From assembly GCA_964230645.1 (NCBI GenBank), contig CAXRHT010000002.1:448001-512000 (forward strand): DNA of 64,000 nt, read 5' to 3'. This DNA comes from Bdellovibrionales bacterium (GTDB lineage Bacteria > Bdellovibrionota > Bdellovibrionia > Bdellovibrionales > JAGQZY01). Of this stretch, positions 49,363 to 59,610 are shown one piece after another. Numbering within the stretch: position 1 is the stretch's first letter; every line of letters starts with the position of its first letter. The translations under genes and the position numbers were made by a program. The notes beneath the pieces are model-generated. The model did no database searches, had not been told where the DNA came from, and was given only the letters and a program-made list of their open reading frames with translations.

Positions 49363-50388
49363 ATGTATATGAAACACTCAAACAAATTTGCATTCTACTT
49401 TATTCTCGGAGCCAACTTTCTTCTCGCTTCTATCTTTTTAACTGGCTGTGGAGACGACCCTAGTCCTGCTCAGAACGAGCCGGCGGTGATTGAAGAGTCC
49501 GAAGGTGGACTGGCTTTGATAGAAAGAGAGTTCGGTGAATGTGATCCTAATGAAATCCCACAAGAGGATAATCCTCGCTTTCGTGCTCAAGAGCAATCAA
49601 GCCGACATAGTTACTCAGCTAGGCAGCAGTCTTACATAGTTAGCAGTGCTTTTCCTCACGAGTTTAATAGCCTTGGAGAGATGTATCCTAATCGTGGAAG
49701 CTGGCGTCAGTCTAAAGATGAAATTATGGATATCGTCGATCGCTATATATATGACCCGCAAGTTGGTCGAGCCGTTCCTATGCTTAAATTTTTCGATATG
49801 GTTTTAATGATTAATGTAGCTGATCGTCAAAATGGTGATCCTGAAAATAGTTCAGCTCAACGTATGCAAGTTTATGTGCGCTCGAGTGGATCTCACCTTC
49901 TTGAAGATTGGGACCTTATCAAAACTTGGCCTATTTCCTCAGGGAATCCTTGCGGAGAAAAAATAGCGACACCGACAGGCGTTTTTAAACTCGACCCAAG
50001 TGACGGACGTTTTACTCCCAGTTATTTTTCCAGACAATTTGATAATGTCGATATGTTTGAAACTATGTTTCTCTACCACGCCTATCAAGATGGTAGACAA
50101 ACAGGGGTTGCTATCCATGGAACCTATAAAACCTCCATCTTAGGACGAAGAGATTCTGGTGGTTGTATTCGGCTTTACAGAGAAAATTCACAATGCCTTT
50201 TTAATTCCATCATCGGACAGGGAAATAAATGTCTTGGTGATGATCGCAATCACTACATGGGACAGGTACCAAGTTTCTTGCCTCGTAATGGTGAGGCTGA
50301 GCCTGAGTATTTGAGTTCTGGGGCGCTGACAGTGTCAGGGATCAAAGTTCTTGTGGCTATTTATGATGATAAAAATGATCGACTTTAA
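49363..50388 (+). CDS. L,D-transpeptidase (YkuD family) lipoprotein
   Basis: Lipobox LTGC; TPTGVF; AIHGT...SGGCIRL. Confidence 0.85.
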   Translation: MYMKHSNKFAFYFILGANFLLASIFLTGCGDDPSPAQNEPAVIEESEGGLALIEREFGECDPNEIPQEDNPRFRAQEQSSRHSYSARQQSYIVSSAFPHEFNSLGEMYPNRGSWRQSKDEIMDIVDRYIYDPQVGRAVPMLKFFDMVLMINVADRQNGDPENSSAQRMQVYVRSSGSHLLEDWDLIKTWPISSGNPCGEKIATPTGVFKLDPSDGRFTPSYFSRQFDNVDMFETMFLYHAYQDGRQTGVAIHGTYKTSILGRRDSGGCIRLYRENSQCLFNSIIGQGNKCLGDDRNHYMGQVPSFLPRNGEAEPEYLSSGALTVSGIKVLVAIYDDKNDRL

Positions 50389-50412
50389 TTAATAAACTTT
50401 AAGGAGTTTAAC

Positions 50413-50934
50413 GTGAAAAAAATTATGAGCCTATTTTTAGCTAGCTTTGTTGTCCTTGCGCTCGCTAACTGTGGTAGCGATGACAGTCCCGCTCCCGCTC
50501 CTCCGGCTCCGGCTGGTGGTGTCGCTGATGGTGCTGAAGGCATTCATTTTGAAGGAGATAACGAAAGCATTTCTTGGACCAATTCTAGAAACGACATTTA
50601 TGTTGGTGACGGAAGTGACGACTGCGTTTACGGTCTCAACCAAGGAGCTGATGACGATCTTGTGAGTCAAAGAATTCTGCGCTTAGAATCCCTTTTAAAT
50701 TCTGGAAACGTCGCTCGAGGGACAGCACAGAGTGCTTCTAACAACTCTCGTTACTTGACCATCGACTACTCCAATGGAGAGTCTAAAACTTACAACTTGG
50801 ATCCTGATCTTGCTTCAAGCGATGAGGAGTATCTCAGTAATGGAGACCAGATTGTGGCTTATTACGATCAAGTGGCCAACGACCTCGAAGAGTACGGACA
50901 AGAGAACTGCTCTTATGGAAAAGGTGACAAATAA
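50413..50934 (+). CDS. hypothetical lipoprotein
   Basis: AAGGAG RBS, GTG start, lipobox LANC, Pro/Ala linker. Confidence 0.72.
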   Translation: MKKIMSLFLASFVVLALANCGSDDSPAPAPPAPAGGVADGAEGIHFEGDNESISWTNSRNDIYVGDGSDDCVYGLNQGADDDLVSQRILRLESLLNSGNVARGTAQSASNNSRYLTIDYSNGESKTYNLDPDLASSDEEYLSNGDQIVAYYDQVANDLEEYGQENCSYGKGDK

Positions 50935-50961
50935 TAAGAAAACCAAATGAAATAATATCTT

Positions 50962-50993
50962 AAAAAGGCTCCCCCTATAGGAGTCTTTTTTTT
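50962..50993 (+). terminator. intrinsic terminator
   Basis: AAAAAGGCTCC-ccctata-GGAGTCTTTTTTTT after the LDT-lipoprotein pair. Confidence 0.75.
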
Positions 50994-51196
50994 GTAGTTT
51001 CTACCAAGCCGCATGATGCGAAGCGTCCCCTCCCCCTTCCCTTTTAAATGAGAGGTTGCACCCTCAACTTTAACCCACCCTAATCACTACTCTTTTTTGG
51101 ATAACTCTTGTTTATAGTGGCAATAAAGAATGGTGTTTTGTCTTTTCCCCCGAAAGCCTTCAAATTTTCCACTCTTAAAAAAGAGGGAGTCTTCGA

Positions 51197-52276
51197 ATGC
51201 TTAAAGGTCTTATTCAATTATCAGTTATCCTGTTCAGCTTACCGCTTTTAGCGGAGGTGGAGTTTGTTTCGCCTGAGAATCCGCAGTGGGAGTCAGAGAC
51301 CCTGCAACTGATGGAAGATGTAAACAACATGTTACCAGCTGACTGGAAAAGACCCCAGGACTTTAAAGTCGCCCTTGTTCCTAATGGTGAACCCAGCTAC
51401 TACCCTCTTTTTAGATATCAGACGCAGACAGGACAGAATGAATCGGTCGATAAGCTCCTGGTGGTCAGCGATAGCTCGCCAGAAAAGTTTGTGCACGAAT
51501 ACGCTCACCTTGTCTTTGACGTTTTACTAAGAAACCGCTCCAATCCTTGGCGCTATCACCTGGCTTGGCAGAAAGTCAGTTACAACGATATTTCCGAAAG
51601 CCTTAGTCAGTATAAAAAACATATCGAGAGCCTTCAAAAAACCAATGAGGAGTTTGTGCAGAAAAAAGAGCAAGGCGATAATTCTGAAATGGTGGCGAAC
51701 ATCATAAGAAACACGGCCCGCTCCGTTGAAAAATACAAAGACCTTGTTGTTATACTTAAGAAGGCTCAAGAGATTGAACTCAACTCCGACTACCCGCTAG
51801 ATCAGTTCAATGCCTTTGAAGCCCTAGAGGCGGCCAATGAACTTTTTGCTGACCTAGTGGCCTCCCTTTATTTTGAAAATTGGCAAGCTATGAAGGATAG
51901 TACTCTCAAAGATATTGCAGAAACGGACCTTGAGGACCGACTTCTTCTTCCTCCCCTTGAAAGCCGAGAGGAGGCCTTAGAGGCATACCTTAACCATCGT
52001 AGTTTTCAACAAGGACTTTTACTTAGTGAGTACGACTTTAAAGAGTGGGAAGCACGTGGGCCCTATATGCAGTTTGCTCCAGTGAGGTCTTACCTTCGTG
52101 ATCTGCTTGATAGTGGTCTTTTAGAGACTAGACCTGAGCTTATCAATCTTCTCGCTCAAAGTATTATGAAAGTTTACCACGAGGACTGGTTAAAAGAACC
52201 TTCATTGGTTGAGAGCCCACTTTTTGATAAAAACCAGTTGTTAATTGAAACAATGGAAGAAAAGCTCTCCCGCTAG
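51197..52276 (+). CDS. secreted gluzincin-like zinc metallopeptidase (putative)
   Basis: Signal peptide; HEYAH and downstream NELFAD. Confidence 0.6.
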   Translation: MLKGLIQLSVILFSLPLLAEVEFVSPENPQWESETLQLMEDVNNMLPADWKRPQDFKVALVPNGEPSYYPLFRYQTQTGQNESVDKLLVVSDSSPEKFVHEYAHLVFDVLLRNRSNPWRYHLAWQKVSYNDISESLSQYKKHIESLQKTNEEFVQKKEQGDNSEMVANIIRNTARSVEKYKDLVVILKKAQEIELNSDYPLDQFNAFEALEAANELFADLVASLYFENWQAMKDSTLKDIAETDLEDRLLLPPLESREEALEAYLNHRSFQQGLLLSEYDFKEWEARGPYMQFAPVRSYLRDLLDSGLLETRPELINLLAQSIMKVYHEDWLKEPSLVESPLFDKNQLLIETMEEKLSR

Positions 52277-53259
52277 GAATCGATCAAAGCTTTGCGGTTG
52301 GAAGAGCGAGAGGCTTTAAAAGTCGCAATATGAAAAAGAGCATCACCCTTATTAATCAATGGCAACCGGTTACGACCGATAATAATTCCAGGTTCTTCGG
52401 CTCGAATTTCAATTTGCACTCGCCCAAAGAGGTCTTGGACAACACCGAGGACCTCGTCTTTTGCCACGCGGTCCCCGGCTCTTCTGACCACTGAAAGAGA
52501 GCCCCCGTGGGTGGAACGCACCCAGTAGCTGTCTTTGGCGATAACCACATCTTGCTTTTTCTTCTTTTTCTTTTTAGCCAACATTCCAATGGATTCCATC
52601 ACATTGAAACAACCTCGCACTCCGGCCTTGATAACCGTGTCATCAAAACGAAGCGCTTCGCCTCCCTCAAAAAGAAGAATGGGAATGTTTTTCTTCTGAG
52701 CCGCTTCCCTTAAGGAGCCATCGCGAATGGACGAGTTTAGAACTACAGGTGCGCCAAAAGCACGGGCCATGTTTTTTGTTTTATTGTTTTCCAATAATGC
52801 GCGAATTTGAGGAATGTTGTAGCGATGAATGGCTCCAGTGTGAAAATCAATTCCATGGGTGGATTTAAGTACAACCTCTTTCATGAAAATGCGCGCCATC
52901 TGCGAGGCCAAAGACCCCTTCGAGTTTCCGGGGAAAGAGCGATTAAGATCCCTTCGATCAGGGAGATAGCGAGACCTCGCATTAAAGCCAAAAACGTTGA
53001 CCACGGGGACGGCGAGAATCGTACCACTGAGCTTACCGATTTGGATTCTTTTGATCACCTGTCGGATGATCTCAACCCCATTAATCTCATCACCATGGAT
53101 CGCACCAGAGAGAAAGAGTATGGGCCCAGGTCTTGTTCCTCGAATAACTTCTACGGGGATATTCATTTCCGTAAAGTCATAAAGACGACCCACGTCCACT
53201 TGCACCACTCGACGCTCACCGGGGAGAAACTTCTCCCCACAAATTTTCAAAACGGCCAT
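52273..53259 (-). CDS. succinylglutamate desuccinylase/aspartoacylase (M14) family peptidase
   Basis: HGDEING, DLNRSFPG, DFHTG, EGGE. Confidence 0.9.
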   Translation of the reverse strand: MAVLKICGEKFLPGERRVVQVDVGRLYDFTEMNIPVEVIRGTRPGPILFLSGAIHGDEINGVEIIRQVIKRIQIGKLSGTILAVPVVNVFGFNARSRYLPDRRDLNRSFPGNSKGSLASQMARIFMKEVVLKSTHGIDFHTGAIHRYNIPQIRALLENNKTKNMARAFGAPVVLNSSIRDGSLREAAQKKNIPILLFEGGEALRFDDTVIKAGVRGCFNVMESIGMLAKKKKKKKQDVVIAKDSYWVRSTHGGSLSVVRRAGDRVAKDEVLGVVQDLFGRVQIEIRAEEPGIIIGRNRLPLINKGDALFHIATFKASRSSNRKALIDS

Positions 53260-53261
53260 TA

Positions 53262-54170
53262 CTAACCTTTACCACGAGTGCGGGTGGATTTCTTCTCTTT
53301 AACGGCCTGTTCTGCAAACTGAATGATTTTTCCGGCCACATCAAGGCCTGTCGTCTTTTCAATTCCCTCAAGTCCGGGAGAAGAGTTCACTTCCATAATT
53401 AAGGGGCCTCTTTCAGCGCGCAAGATATCCACTCCCGCTACATTAAGTCCCATGGCTTTTGCCGCTTTGACCGCTGTGGCTCTCTCCTCGGGAGTGATTT
53501 TAACCACTTCGGCAGAGCCGCCGCCGTGGAGGTTTGATCGGAACTCACCTTCGGGACCCTGTCTTTTCATGGAGGCGATCACTTTGTCATTGATAACAAA
53601 GCAGCGAATATCACTGCCTCCGGCCTCTTTAATAAACTCTTGCACAAGGAAAGGAGAATTCACTCTCCCTAAAAGATCGATCACACTCACCGCGGCCTTT
53701 TTGGTTTCTGCTAAGACAACACCCTTACCTTGAGTCCCCTCTAAAATCTTAATGACCGCTGGCGTGTTTCCGGCCAGTCTTAAAAGCTCATCAGACATTT
53801 TGGTATAGTGAGCAAAACCCGTAGTAGGAAGACCCAACTTCTTTTTAGCCAGAAGTTGCAAAGCTCGCAACTTATCCCGAGACCTAGAGATGGCCACAGA
53901 TTCATTCACTGAATAAATCCCTCCCATTTCAAACTGCCTCACAACCGCGGTCCCATAAAAAGTAATTGAGGCTCCAATTCTCGGGATAATCGCGTCAAAA
54001 TCATCAAGAGTGCGATCTTGATAGAGAACAACGGGCTTTTCTGTATTAATATTCATATAACACTTTAACGGATCCACTACTTCGACTTCATGACCCCGTT
54101 TCTCACAGGCCTTCACGAGTTGGCTGGTAGAGTAAAGCGACTTTTTTCGAGAGAGAATTCCAAATTTCAT
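53262..54170 (-). CDS. rimK: RimK ATP-grasp glutamate ligase
   Basis: [41 protein letters not shown]. Confidence 0.95.
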   Translation of the reverse strand: MKFGILSRKKSLYSTSQLVKACEKRGHEVEVVDPLKCYMNINTEKPVVLYQDRTLDDFDAIIPRIGASITFYGTAVVRQFEMGGIYSVNESVAISRSRDKLRALQLLAKKKLGLPTTGFAHYTKMSDELLRLAGNTPAVIKILEGTQGKGVVLAETKKAAVSVIDLLGRVNSPFLVQEFIKEAGGSDIRCFVINDKVIASMKRQGPEGEFRSNLHGGGSAEVVKITPEERATAVKAAKAMGLNVAGVDILRAERGPLIMEVNSSPGLEGIEKTTGLDVAGKIIQFAEQAVKEKKSTRTRGKG

Positions 54171-54619
54171 TATTTTTTATCCTTTGTTTTTTTATGTAAG
54201 AAAGAGCGGCCACTGTTTACCAAGTAACGACCTTTAAGAGCCTTTCGACCGATCAACATTCGAAACCCCATGAGATCACGATTGACCAAAGTGAATTCGG
54301 TCTCAAAAATATCGTCACCCACTTTGAGATCTAAAAGGATCACAGGCCTTAGGCTCACATGCCCGGATGAGCTCCTCACTTTTCTTTTAGAGTGAATTTT
54401 CACTTTACAAGAGATCGTCGGTTTCGCCGAATCTTGATTGGGGTGAATTTTAAAATGAGCGTATTCGTAACGCCCCACTTTTTTAATCGACAGTTCCGTG
54501 GCGTGGAGGGCCGAGGTCCTTGCTCCCGTGTCGACTTTTGCCTTGATTTTATGTTTGGTTAAATCGGGAAGCTGAATCTCCTCACGCCAACCAATTTGTT
54601 TTAATTTCTTTTTCACCAT
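54170..54619 (-). CDS. RimK-associated retropepsin-like peptidase (RimB-like)
   Basis: [27 protein letters not shown] 54619 chosen. Confidence 0.88.
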   Translation of the reverse strand: MVKKKLKQIGWREEIQLPDLTKHKIKAKVDTGARTSALHATELSIKKVGRYEYAHFKIHPNQDSAKPTISCKVKIHSKRKVRSSSGHVSLRPVILLDLKVGDDIFETEFTLVNRDLMGFRMLIGRKALKGRYLVNSGRSFLHKKTKDKK

Positions 54620-54780
54620 AGAGCTTAACTGTAGCCATAAAAAAACAACTTTGGTAGCCATAAACCGTCTTGACAGGCAGTGCCTGAGAATCACTCCTAG
54701 GTCTAAGCACTCCCTGCTAAAATTCCTATTTTTCTACACACACTCTTTGCAAAATCTTAAAAAAAAGAATTTAATTAGGT

Positions 54781-56331
54781 ATGTCTTTAGAACTCCGTGA
54801 AAGAGCACATTTTTCGGTTCCGGCTCCTCTCACCAGTCAATTTCGAAATCAAAGTACGGCCAAAGCTCTCAGCCCTCTTGTAATTCTCTCAATCGCGGCT
54901 CTTTCGTCGGTTTTATTTTTTACTATGGCCGTCTTTCTTCCTAACGTCAGAGTGACTTTGATCTTCACTGGCATTTCCATTGCCTTATTGACATTTTTGA
55001 TACTTGTAATTTTTAAGAAAAATTCTGAGTTGAAGGCCAACAAACTAGCTGGCCATAGACTATCAAACATCGAAATTTCAAAGGGGAAACTGCGCCTTCC
55101 CAATTACCTTAAATATCCTCAACAAAAAAATGAGAATCGAGGCTGGCAAGAAGAGTACAGTGTTTTTACAACTTCGGACCTGTTGGACTTTGAGATAGCG
55201 AAAGGAGGGAAACACACCCCACGTCTATTTTTAATTGAAACAAAAGTTCACGGCAAAAAGCAGGCTTTTCAATTTATCAACCCCCTTGAAAAACGAGAAG
55301 AACAGAGTTTTACAAAAGCGCTTCAAGACTCTCTCCCCGACTCCCATCATTTGTTTAGCCCAGAGGCTCAGTCCCTCAGAAAACAAAAAGCCATGGCTCA
55401 TGGGGCTGCCTTTCTTTTTCTATTTCTTGGAGTGGCTGGCATTCTTACCTCGGTCCTCTTTTTCCCACCTGTTCTTTATTACACTCATCTGGTTCACTTA
55501 TTTCTATATTCCTTTGCCCCAGGACTCCTCGCGGCTGTTGTATTGCGAAAAGGTCTTTTGACCCATATTTTTGATGATGGTTATGGCAGAGAGCTTTCTT
55601 TTTACCTGTTTGTTCCAAGTTTATGGATGCTTTTTGCCATGATTTTACAATTAGGAAACCTCTTTCTCCCCTCTGAAAGCTTTGAAGAAAGAGTCACGAT
55701 TACTGAAAAATTTAAAACAAAGTCTAAAAATAGCACGCACCATTATTTGTCCTACCCTCAACCTGAGCAAGGAAGCTTTCTTTTTAAATTCAAAGAGCGG
55801 TCCTCTTTTTCTGTCTCAGAGAGAGTCTTTAGCAAAACCCAGATCGGTAAAGACACCTACCTTCTGAGTTTTAACCAGGGATTTTTCGCCCTCCCCTTTA
55901 TCGATAAAAAGCGGAAGGTCCTCTCAAAACCACAAAATCAGCGAAAAAGTGATGGACAATCGCTCAGTCTTCTTAGTCGACTGCGAAGATGGCAAGCGCA
56001 GATACCGCCCTTTCCTAAAAACCCCGAGTACCGCTATGAATACTGGAATAACAAACAATTGAAATCAAAGGAGCCCCATCAGGGTGGCTTTAACCACGGG
56101 GTCGCTTACTATTACCATTCCAATGGGCAAGCTTATTCTGTCATCACATGGGTTAAAGGCAAAAAACAGGGGCGCTACAAAACCTATCGCAAAGATGGAA
56201 GTCTCGAAGCGCATTACTCGGTCAAGAATGGACGCCTCCATGGACTCAACCGCTGGTACAATAAAAAGGGGCGCCTCAAACAAGCCATCATTTATGATGA
56301 TGGCAAAGCTCTCAAGAGCAAAAAGTTTTAA
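54781..56331 (+). CDS. membrane protein with C-terminal MORN-like repeats
   Basis: About 5 TMs; C-terminal 'HG..YY..NG', 'YRKDG', 'KNGRLHG' repeats. Confidence 0.7.
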   Translation: MSLELRERAHFSVPAPLTSQFRNQSTAKALSPLVILSIAALSSVLFFTMAVFLPNVRVTLIFTGISIALLTFLILVIFKKNSELKANKLAGHRLSNIEISKGKLRLPNYLKYPQQKNENRGWQEEYSVFTTSDLLDFEIAKGGKHTPRLFLIETKVHGKKQAFQFINPLEKREEQSFTKALQDSLPDSHHLFSPEAQSLRKQKAMAHGAAFLFLFLGVAGILTSVLFFPPVLYYTHLVHLFLYSFAPGLLAAVVLRKGLLTHIFDDGYGRELSFYLFVPSLWMLFAMILQLGNLFLPSESFEERVTITEKFKTKSKNSTHHYLSYPQPEQGSFLFKFKERSSFSVSERVFSKTQIGKDTYLLSFNQGFFALPFIDKKRKVLSKPQNQRKSDGQSLSLLSRLRRWQAQIPPFPKNPEYRYEYWNNKQLKSKEPHQGGFNHGVAYYYHSNGQAYSVITWVKGKKQGRYKTYRKDGSLEAHYSVKNGRLHGLNRWYNKKGRLKQAIIYDDGKALKSKKF

Positions 56332-56417
56332 CCTTTATTATTTTAGAGAAATTAAAAGCTTAGAAATGACAATTGTAGACCCAAAAAAAGACTGGGCCTA
56401 CAATAGTCCGTAGGGGT

Positions 56418-56762
56418 TCAGGCCGGTTGGCTTAAACCTTGGCTGGCAGGCACTCTAATTTCCCGATTGATATTAGAGCGTGAAAATTTCCAGTTTTCAA
56501 TTTGAACGAGCATCTTGCGCTCAATGAGCTTAAGAGCCGGATAAATGTTTTCACTGGCCGATTGCCCTTCAAAACATTTAACCACAGACTTGATCTCGCA
56601 ATGGGTTCTAAAAAGCACATTGCCCTTAGTGATCTCCAATTTAATATTGGCATCACTGGGTGCTTCCCATTGTAGACGATCAACAAGGCTACGAATGAGC
56701 TGCTCTTCTTTTTTTGTAGGCGTAAACCCTTTGGTTCGAACCTGAAAATCATACAGTTCCAT
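56418..56762 (-). CDS. HPF/RaiA-like small protein (divergent)
   Basis: ATG 56762 after AGGAGG; 'SENIYPALKLIERKMLVQI' resembles the HPF C-terminal helix. Confidence 0.5.
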   Translation of the reverse strand: MELYDFQVRTKGFTPTKKEEQLIRSLVDRLQWEAPSDANIKLEITKGNVLFRTHCEIKSVVKCFEGQSASENIYPALKLIERKMLVQIENWKFSRSNINREIRVPASQGLSQPA

Positions 56763-57064
56763 ACATCCTCCTTTTGCTATTGAGAAAAATGTAAAAATTT
56801 TTTCAGTTTCAGTACAAAAAAAACCAAACAACATAATCAACTATTCAAAATTAACATTTTATCTCGGGGGAAGTGCGAATTGTTCCCCCATCAAATTTCG
56901 TGGGATTAGCCCACTCTCTCAGATGTCATAATTATAAGTAATAAATTTTGAAATTTCCACTGCTTTTTAGAGATGTGTACAAATTTAAACCATTAGAACA
57001 ACTGCATTTTTTAGAATTTTACTTCCCTTCCATTCAGCCATTTTTTTCGACCACTGGTAAAGAC

Positions 57065-58330
57065 TTAAGAGTCGCGATCCAACTGGCGTTCCGACATGAT
57101 CTGCTCAATATGAGACCGAACACTGGGGTAGTCTTGCGCGAGACTTTCAAAGTCTTTGCGCGACAATGTGTAAACCTCACAAAAACTTTTGGCCACAGCT
57201 GTGGCTGAGCGAGGGCGCTCTGAAATCAAGGCCATCTCTCCAAAAAAACTACCATCACTCAATGTGGCCAGAGGGTTTTGGCTCTGGTCTTTAATCTCAA
57301 CGTCCCCGGACTGAATGAAGTAGATCTCTTCGCCAGGATCATCCGTTTTAAAAATAACCTCTCCGGGAAGAAGAACGCGAGACTCTAAACGACTCATCAT
57401 GGCTGAGAGAAGATCTTCGCTCGCTCCACGGAAGAAGGGGACTTTCTCTATAATGGACTTGTTAACATAAAGTAAAAGTTGTGATTGCATTTTTTGAGGA
57501 AGATCCTCTAACAAATCCTCACCGTGATAGCCTTTCTTGTTTTGCCAAAGATACTGGTAATAAGTTCGAACCTCGTTTTTAAGAGAGCCCGGCACTTTAT
57601 GAATGCGCATAAATGTCTCCACCTTATCCAGGTTATCCATGTGACGCTCTCTTGCCGCATCAACACGCGCGAGAATTCCGGCGACATTACTTAGAGCGTA
57701 GCCAAAAATTCCCACCCCAAGAATCTGTACAAGACCGGCGAATATCATTTGAGATATAGTGACCGCCGAAATGTCTCCGTAACCCACGGTTGTTAAGGTC
57801 GTGATCGCCCAATAGTAGGCTTTAACGTAGACGACTACAAACTCACCCTCACTACCAGCACTACCACTGCCAAGTGCGATCCAAATGCAGGCGGTGAAAT
57901 GAACCAAAAATGGGGCCGTTAAAAAAAGAGGGGCTAATCGAAAAACTATGGCCGGTAGAGTCGGAAACTCTTCAAGAAGAGATCGTATTCTTTTAAAATT
58001 TCTCAGACTCCAAAGAGCCAGAAAATAACCGTAATAGGCGAAATCCCCTGTTAAAATTAAAGGCCAGGGGATCAAATAGAGGCTATCAAAAAAACTGACC
58101 ACCCATGGGGTGATTCCTCTTTGTCGACTTTCATTTTTAAAATTTAAAAAAATGTTTATCAAAGAAAGGCTCGTTAGTACTAAAAAATAGATTCCAACAA
58201 GGGGTCTAGGGCCTTCAAACCCAATGAGAAAGAAAGGGAGAAAAAGGCCAATATAGAGTGTCGCAATTAATGAAAAAAGGCGAAGCCCTTGCAGGTTATT
58301 CATGTCAATATATCGGCTATAACGGATCAT
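57065..58330 (-). CDS. cyclic-nucleotide-gated K+ channel
   Basis: TTVGYGD filter, C-linker, CNBD FGEMAL...RSAT; start may be 58303. Confidence 0.92.
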   Translation of the reverse strand: MIRYSRYIDMNNLQGLRLFSLIATLYIGLFLPFFLIGFEGPRPLVGIYFLVLTSLSLINIFLNFKNESRQRGITPWVVSFFDSLYLIPWPLILTGDFAYYGYFLALWSLRNFKRIRSLLEEFPTLPAIVFRLAPLFLTAPFLVHFTACIWIALGSGSAGSEGEFVVVYVKAYYWAITTLTTVGYGDISAVTISQMIFAGLVQILGVGIFGYALSNVAGILARVDAARERHMDNLDKVETFMRIHKVPGSLKNEVRTYYQYLWQNKKGYHGEDLLEDLPQKMQSQLLLYVNKSIIEKVPFFRGASEDLLSAMMSRLESRVLLPGEVIFKTDDPGEEIYFIQSGDVEIKDQSQNPLATLSDGSFFGEMALISERPRSATAVAKSFCEVYTLSRKDFESLAQDYPSVRSHIEQIMSERQLDRDS

Positions 58331-58454
58331 TTTTGGACAGGACGTTGGACCAATCGTTCCTTACCGAGTCTGCACTCTCAGCCATAGAGCCTCTTAAACC
58401 CGCACCGCTTCATAACAAAATAGCTAGTTATTCCAGTTATTTGGAATTAGTACT

Positions 58455-58479
58455 TTAATATTATTAATCTAAATATTAA
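58455..58479. promoter_or_regulatory. AT-rich palindrome TTAATATT-N9-AATATTAA upstream of the DUF2089 operon
   Basis: Perfect 8-bp inverted repeat, but in a very AT-rich context. Confidence 0.35.
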
Positions 58480-58541
58480 CTTTATTAAATTATATTTGAA
58501 TTTTATTGAACGCAATTCTATAAAAACTCCAAGGAGGAGCT

Positions 58542-58904
58542 ATGAGCCCACTGGTAACAAGCTGCCCGTCTTGCGGGCAAAAGGAAGTACAAGTCACCAA
58601 AATCGAGTGCCGAGACTGTGGTACCCGCTTTGAGGGCCAGTTTGAAATACCGAAACTCTTAAAGCTCTCCTCCGAGCAGCTTCACTTCGTGATGGAGTTT
58701 GTAAAGTGCTCTGGAAGTCTTAAGCAAATGGCAAAAATCCAAAAGATCTCCTACCCCACGTTGCGGAACAAACTCAATGAACTCATCGAAGTCATAGAAA
58801 GCCTAGAGAAAACAAAGGGAGTTAGCAAAGACGAAATCCTACAACTTCTCGAAGACGGTAAAATAACAGCCAAACAAGCGGCTAAAAAACTACAGGCCCT
58901 ATGA
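58542..58904 (+). CDS. DUF2089 family protein (Zn ribbon + HTH + SHOCT-like)
   Basis: CPSC...CRDC, SGSLKQMA...ISYPTLRNKL, LEDGKITAKQA. Confidence 0.88.
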   Translation: MSPLVTSCPSCGQKEVQVTKIECRDCGTRFEGQFEIPKLLKLSSEQLHFVMEFVKCSGSLKQMAKIQKISYPTLRNKLNELIEVIESLEKTKGVSKDEILQLLEDGKITAKQAAKKLQAL

Positions 58905-58911
58905 GGATGCC

Positions 58912-59601
58912 ATGAAAAAAGACCAAGAACGTTTACTCAACCTCTATAACGACAACAAAATATCCGAGGACGATTTTCACCTGTTGAAAAAAGCACTCGA
59001 AGAAAAAAAGACTTGGAGCCAAAAGTTTTTTCATCGCTTTATTAATCCCTTTGACCGCGTGGCGGGGTATCCCGCATTGGCCTTGGGTCTTTTGATTTTA
59101 GCCTTAATGAGTCTTATCTCTCAATCCGCTAGCATCCATTTCCCAGGACTTTTTGATTTAAAAATCTTTTCCCCCACAGCAGAAAAAATCACTCTCAACT
59201 TTCAAAAGATATTTTTACAGAACATGGTGATCTCTTTAAGCCTTGCCACTGCTTTTTATTTCAGTGGACGAATTAATAAAAAGTCCTCTCTTCGCTTTAT
59301 TGATTTTTTAGGCACGACCATGATGGCCCGATTCCCCTACCTAGTGGCAAGCCTTGTTTTCTTTGCCCTTCATCTTAGAGGAACCAATCTTCATTTTGAT
59401 AAGGTTGAAGATGTAAACACCTACACTCTTAGTATTATCACATTCACAGCTCTCATCAGTATTGTATGGCTTGTCGCCACCTACTTTTACTCCCTCAAGG
59501 AGTCCTCAGGCCTTAGAGGAAAAGCTCTGTGGGTGAGCTTTATAGCGAGCCTAATCGCTATTGAAATTTTAACCCTTTATCTAAATCACCAACTTTTATA
59601 G
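58912..59601 (+). CDS. Yip1-like membrane protein with N-terminal SHOCT-like helix
   Basis: 'NKISEDDFHLL', NPF, ARFP, about 5 TMs. Confidence 0.65.
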   Translation: MKKDQERLLNLYNDNKISEDDFHLLKKALEEKKTWSQKFFHRFINPFDRVAGYPALALGLLILALMSLISQSASIHFPGLFDLKIFSPTAEKITLNFQKIFLQNMVISLSLATAFYFSGRINKKSSLRFIDFLGTTMMARFPYLVASLVFFALHLRGTNLHFDKVEDVNTYTLSIITFTALISIVWLVATYFYSLKESSGLRGKALWVSFIASLIAIEILTLYLNHQLL

Positions 59602-59610
59602 GAGTCGGTC

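Noticed and set aside
56866..56889. GGGGGAA-N10-TTCCCCC hairpin
   Set aside because: No U-tail and far from a stop codon; function cannot be supported.
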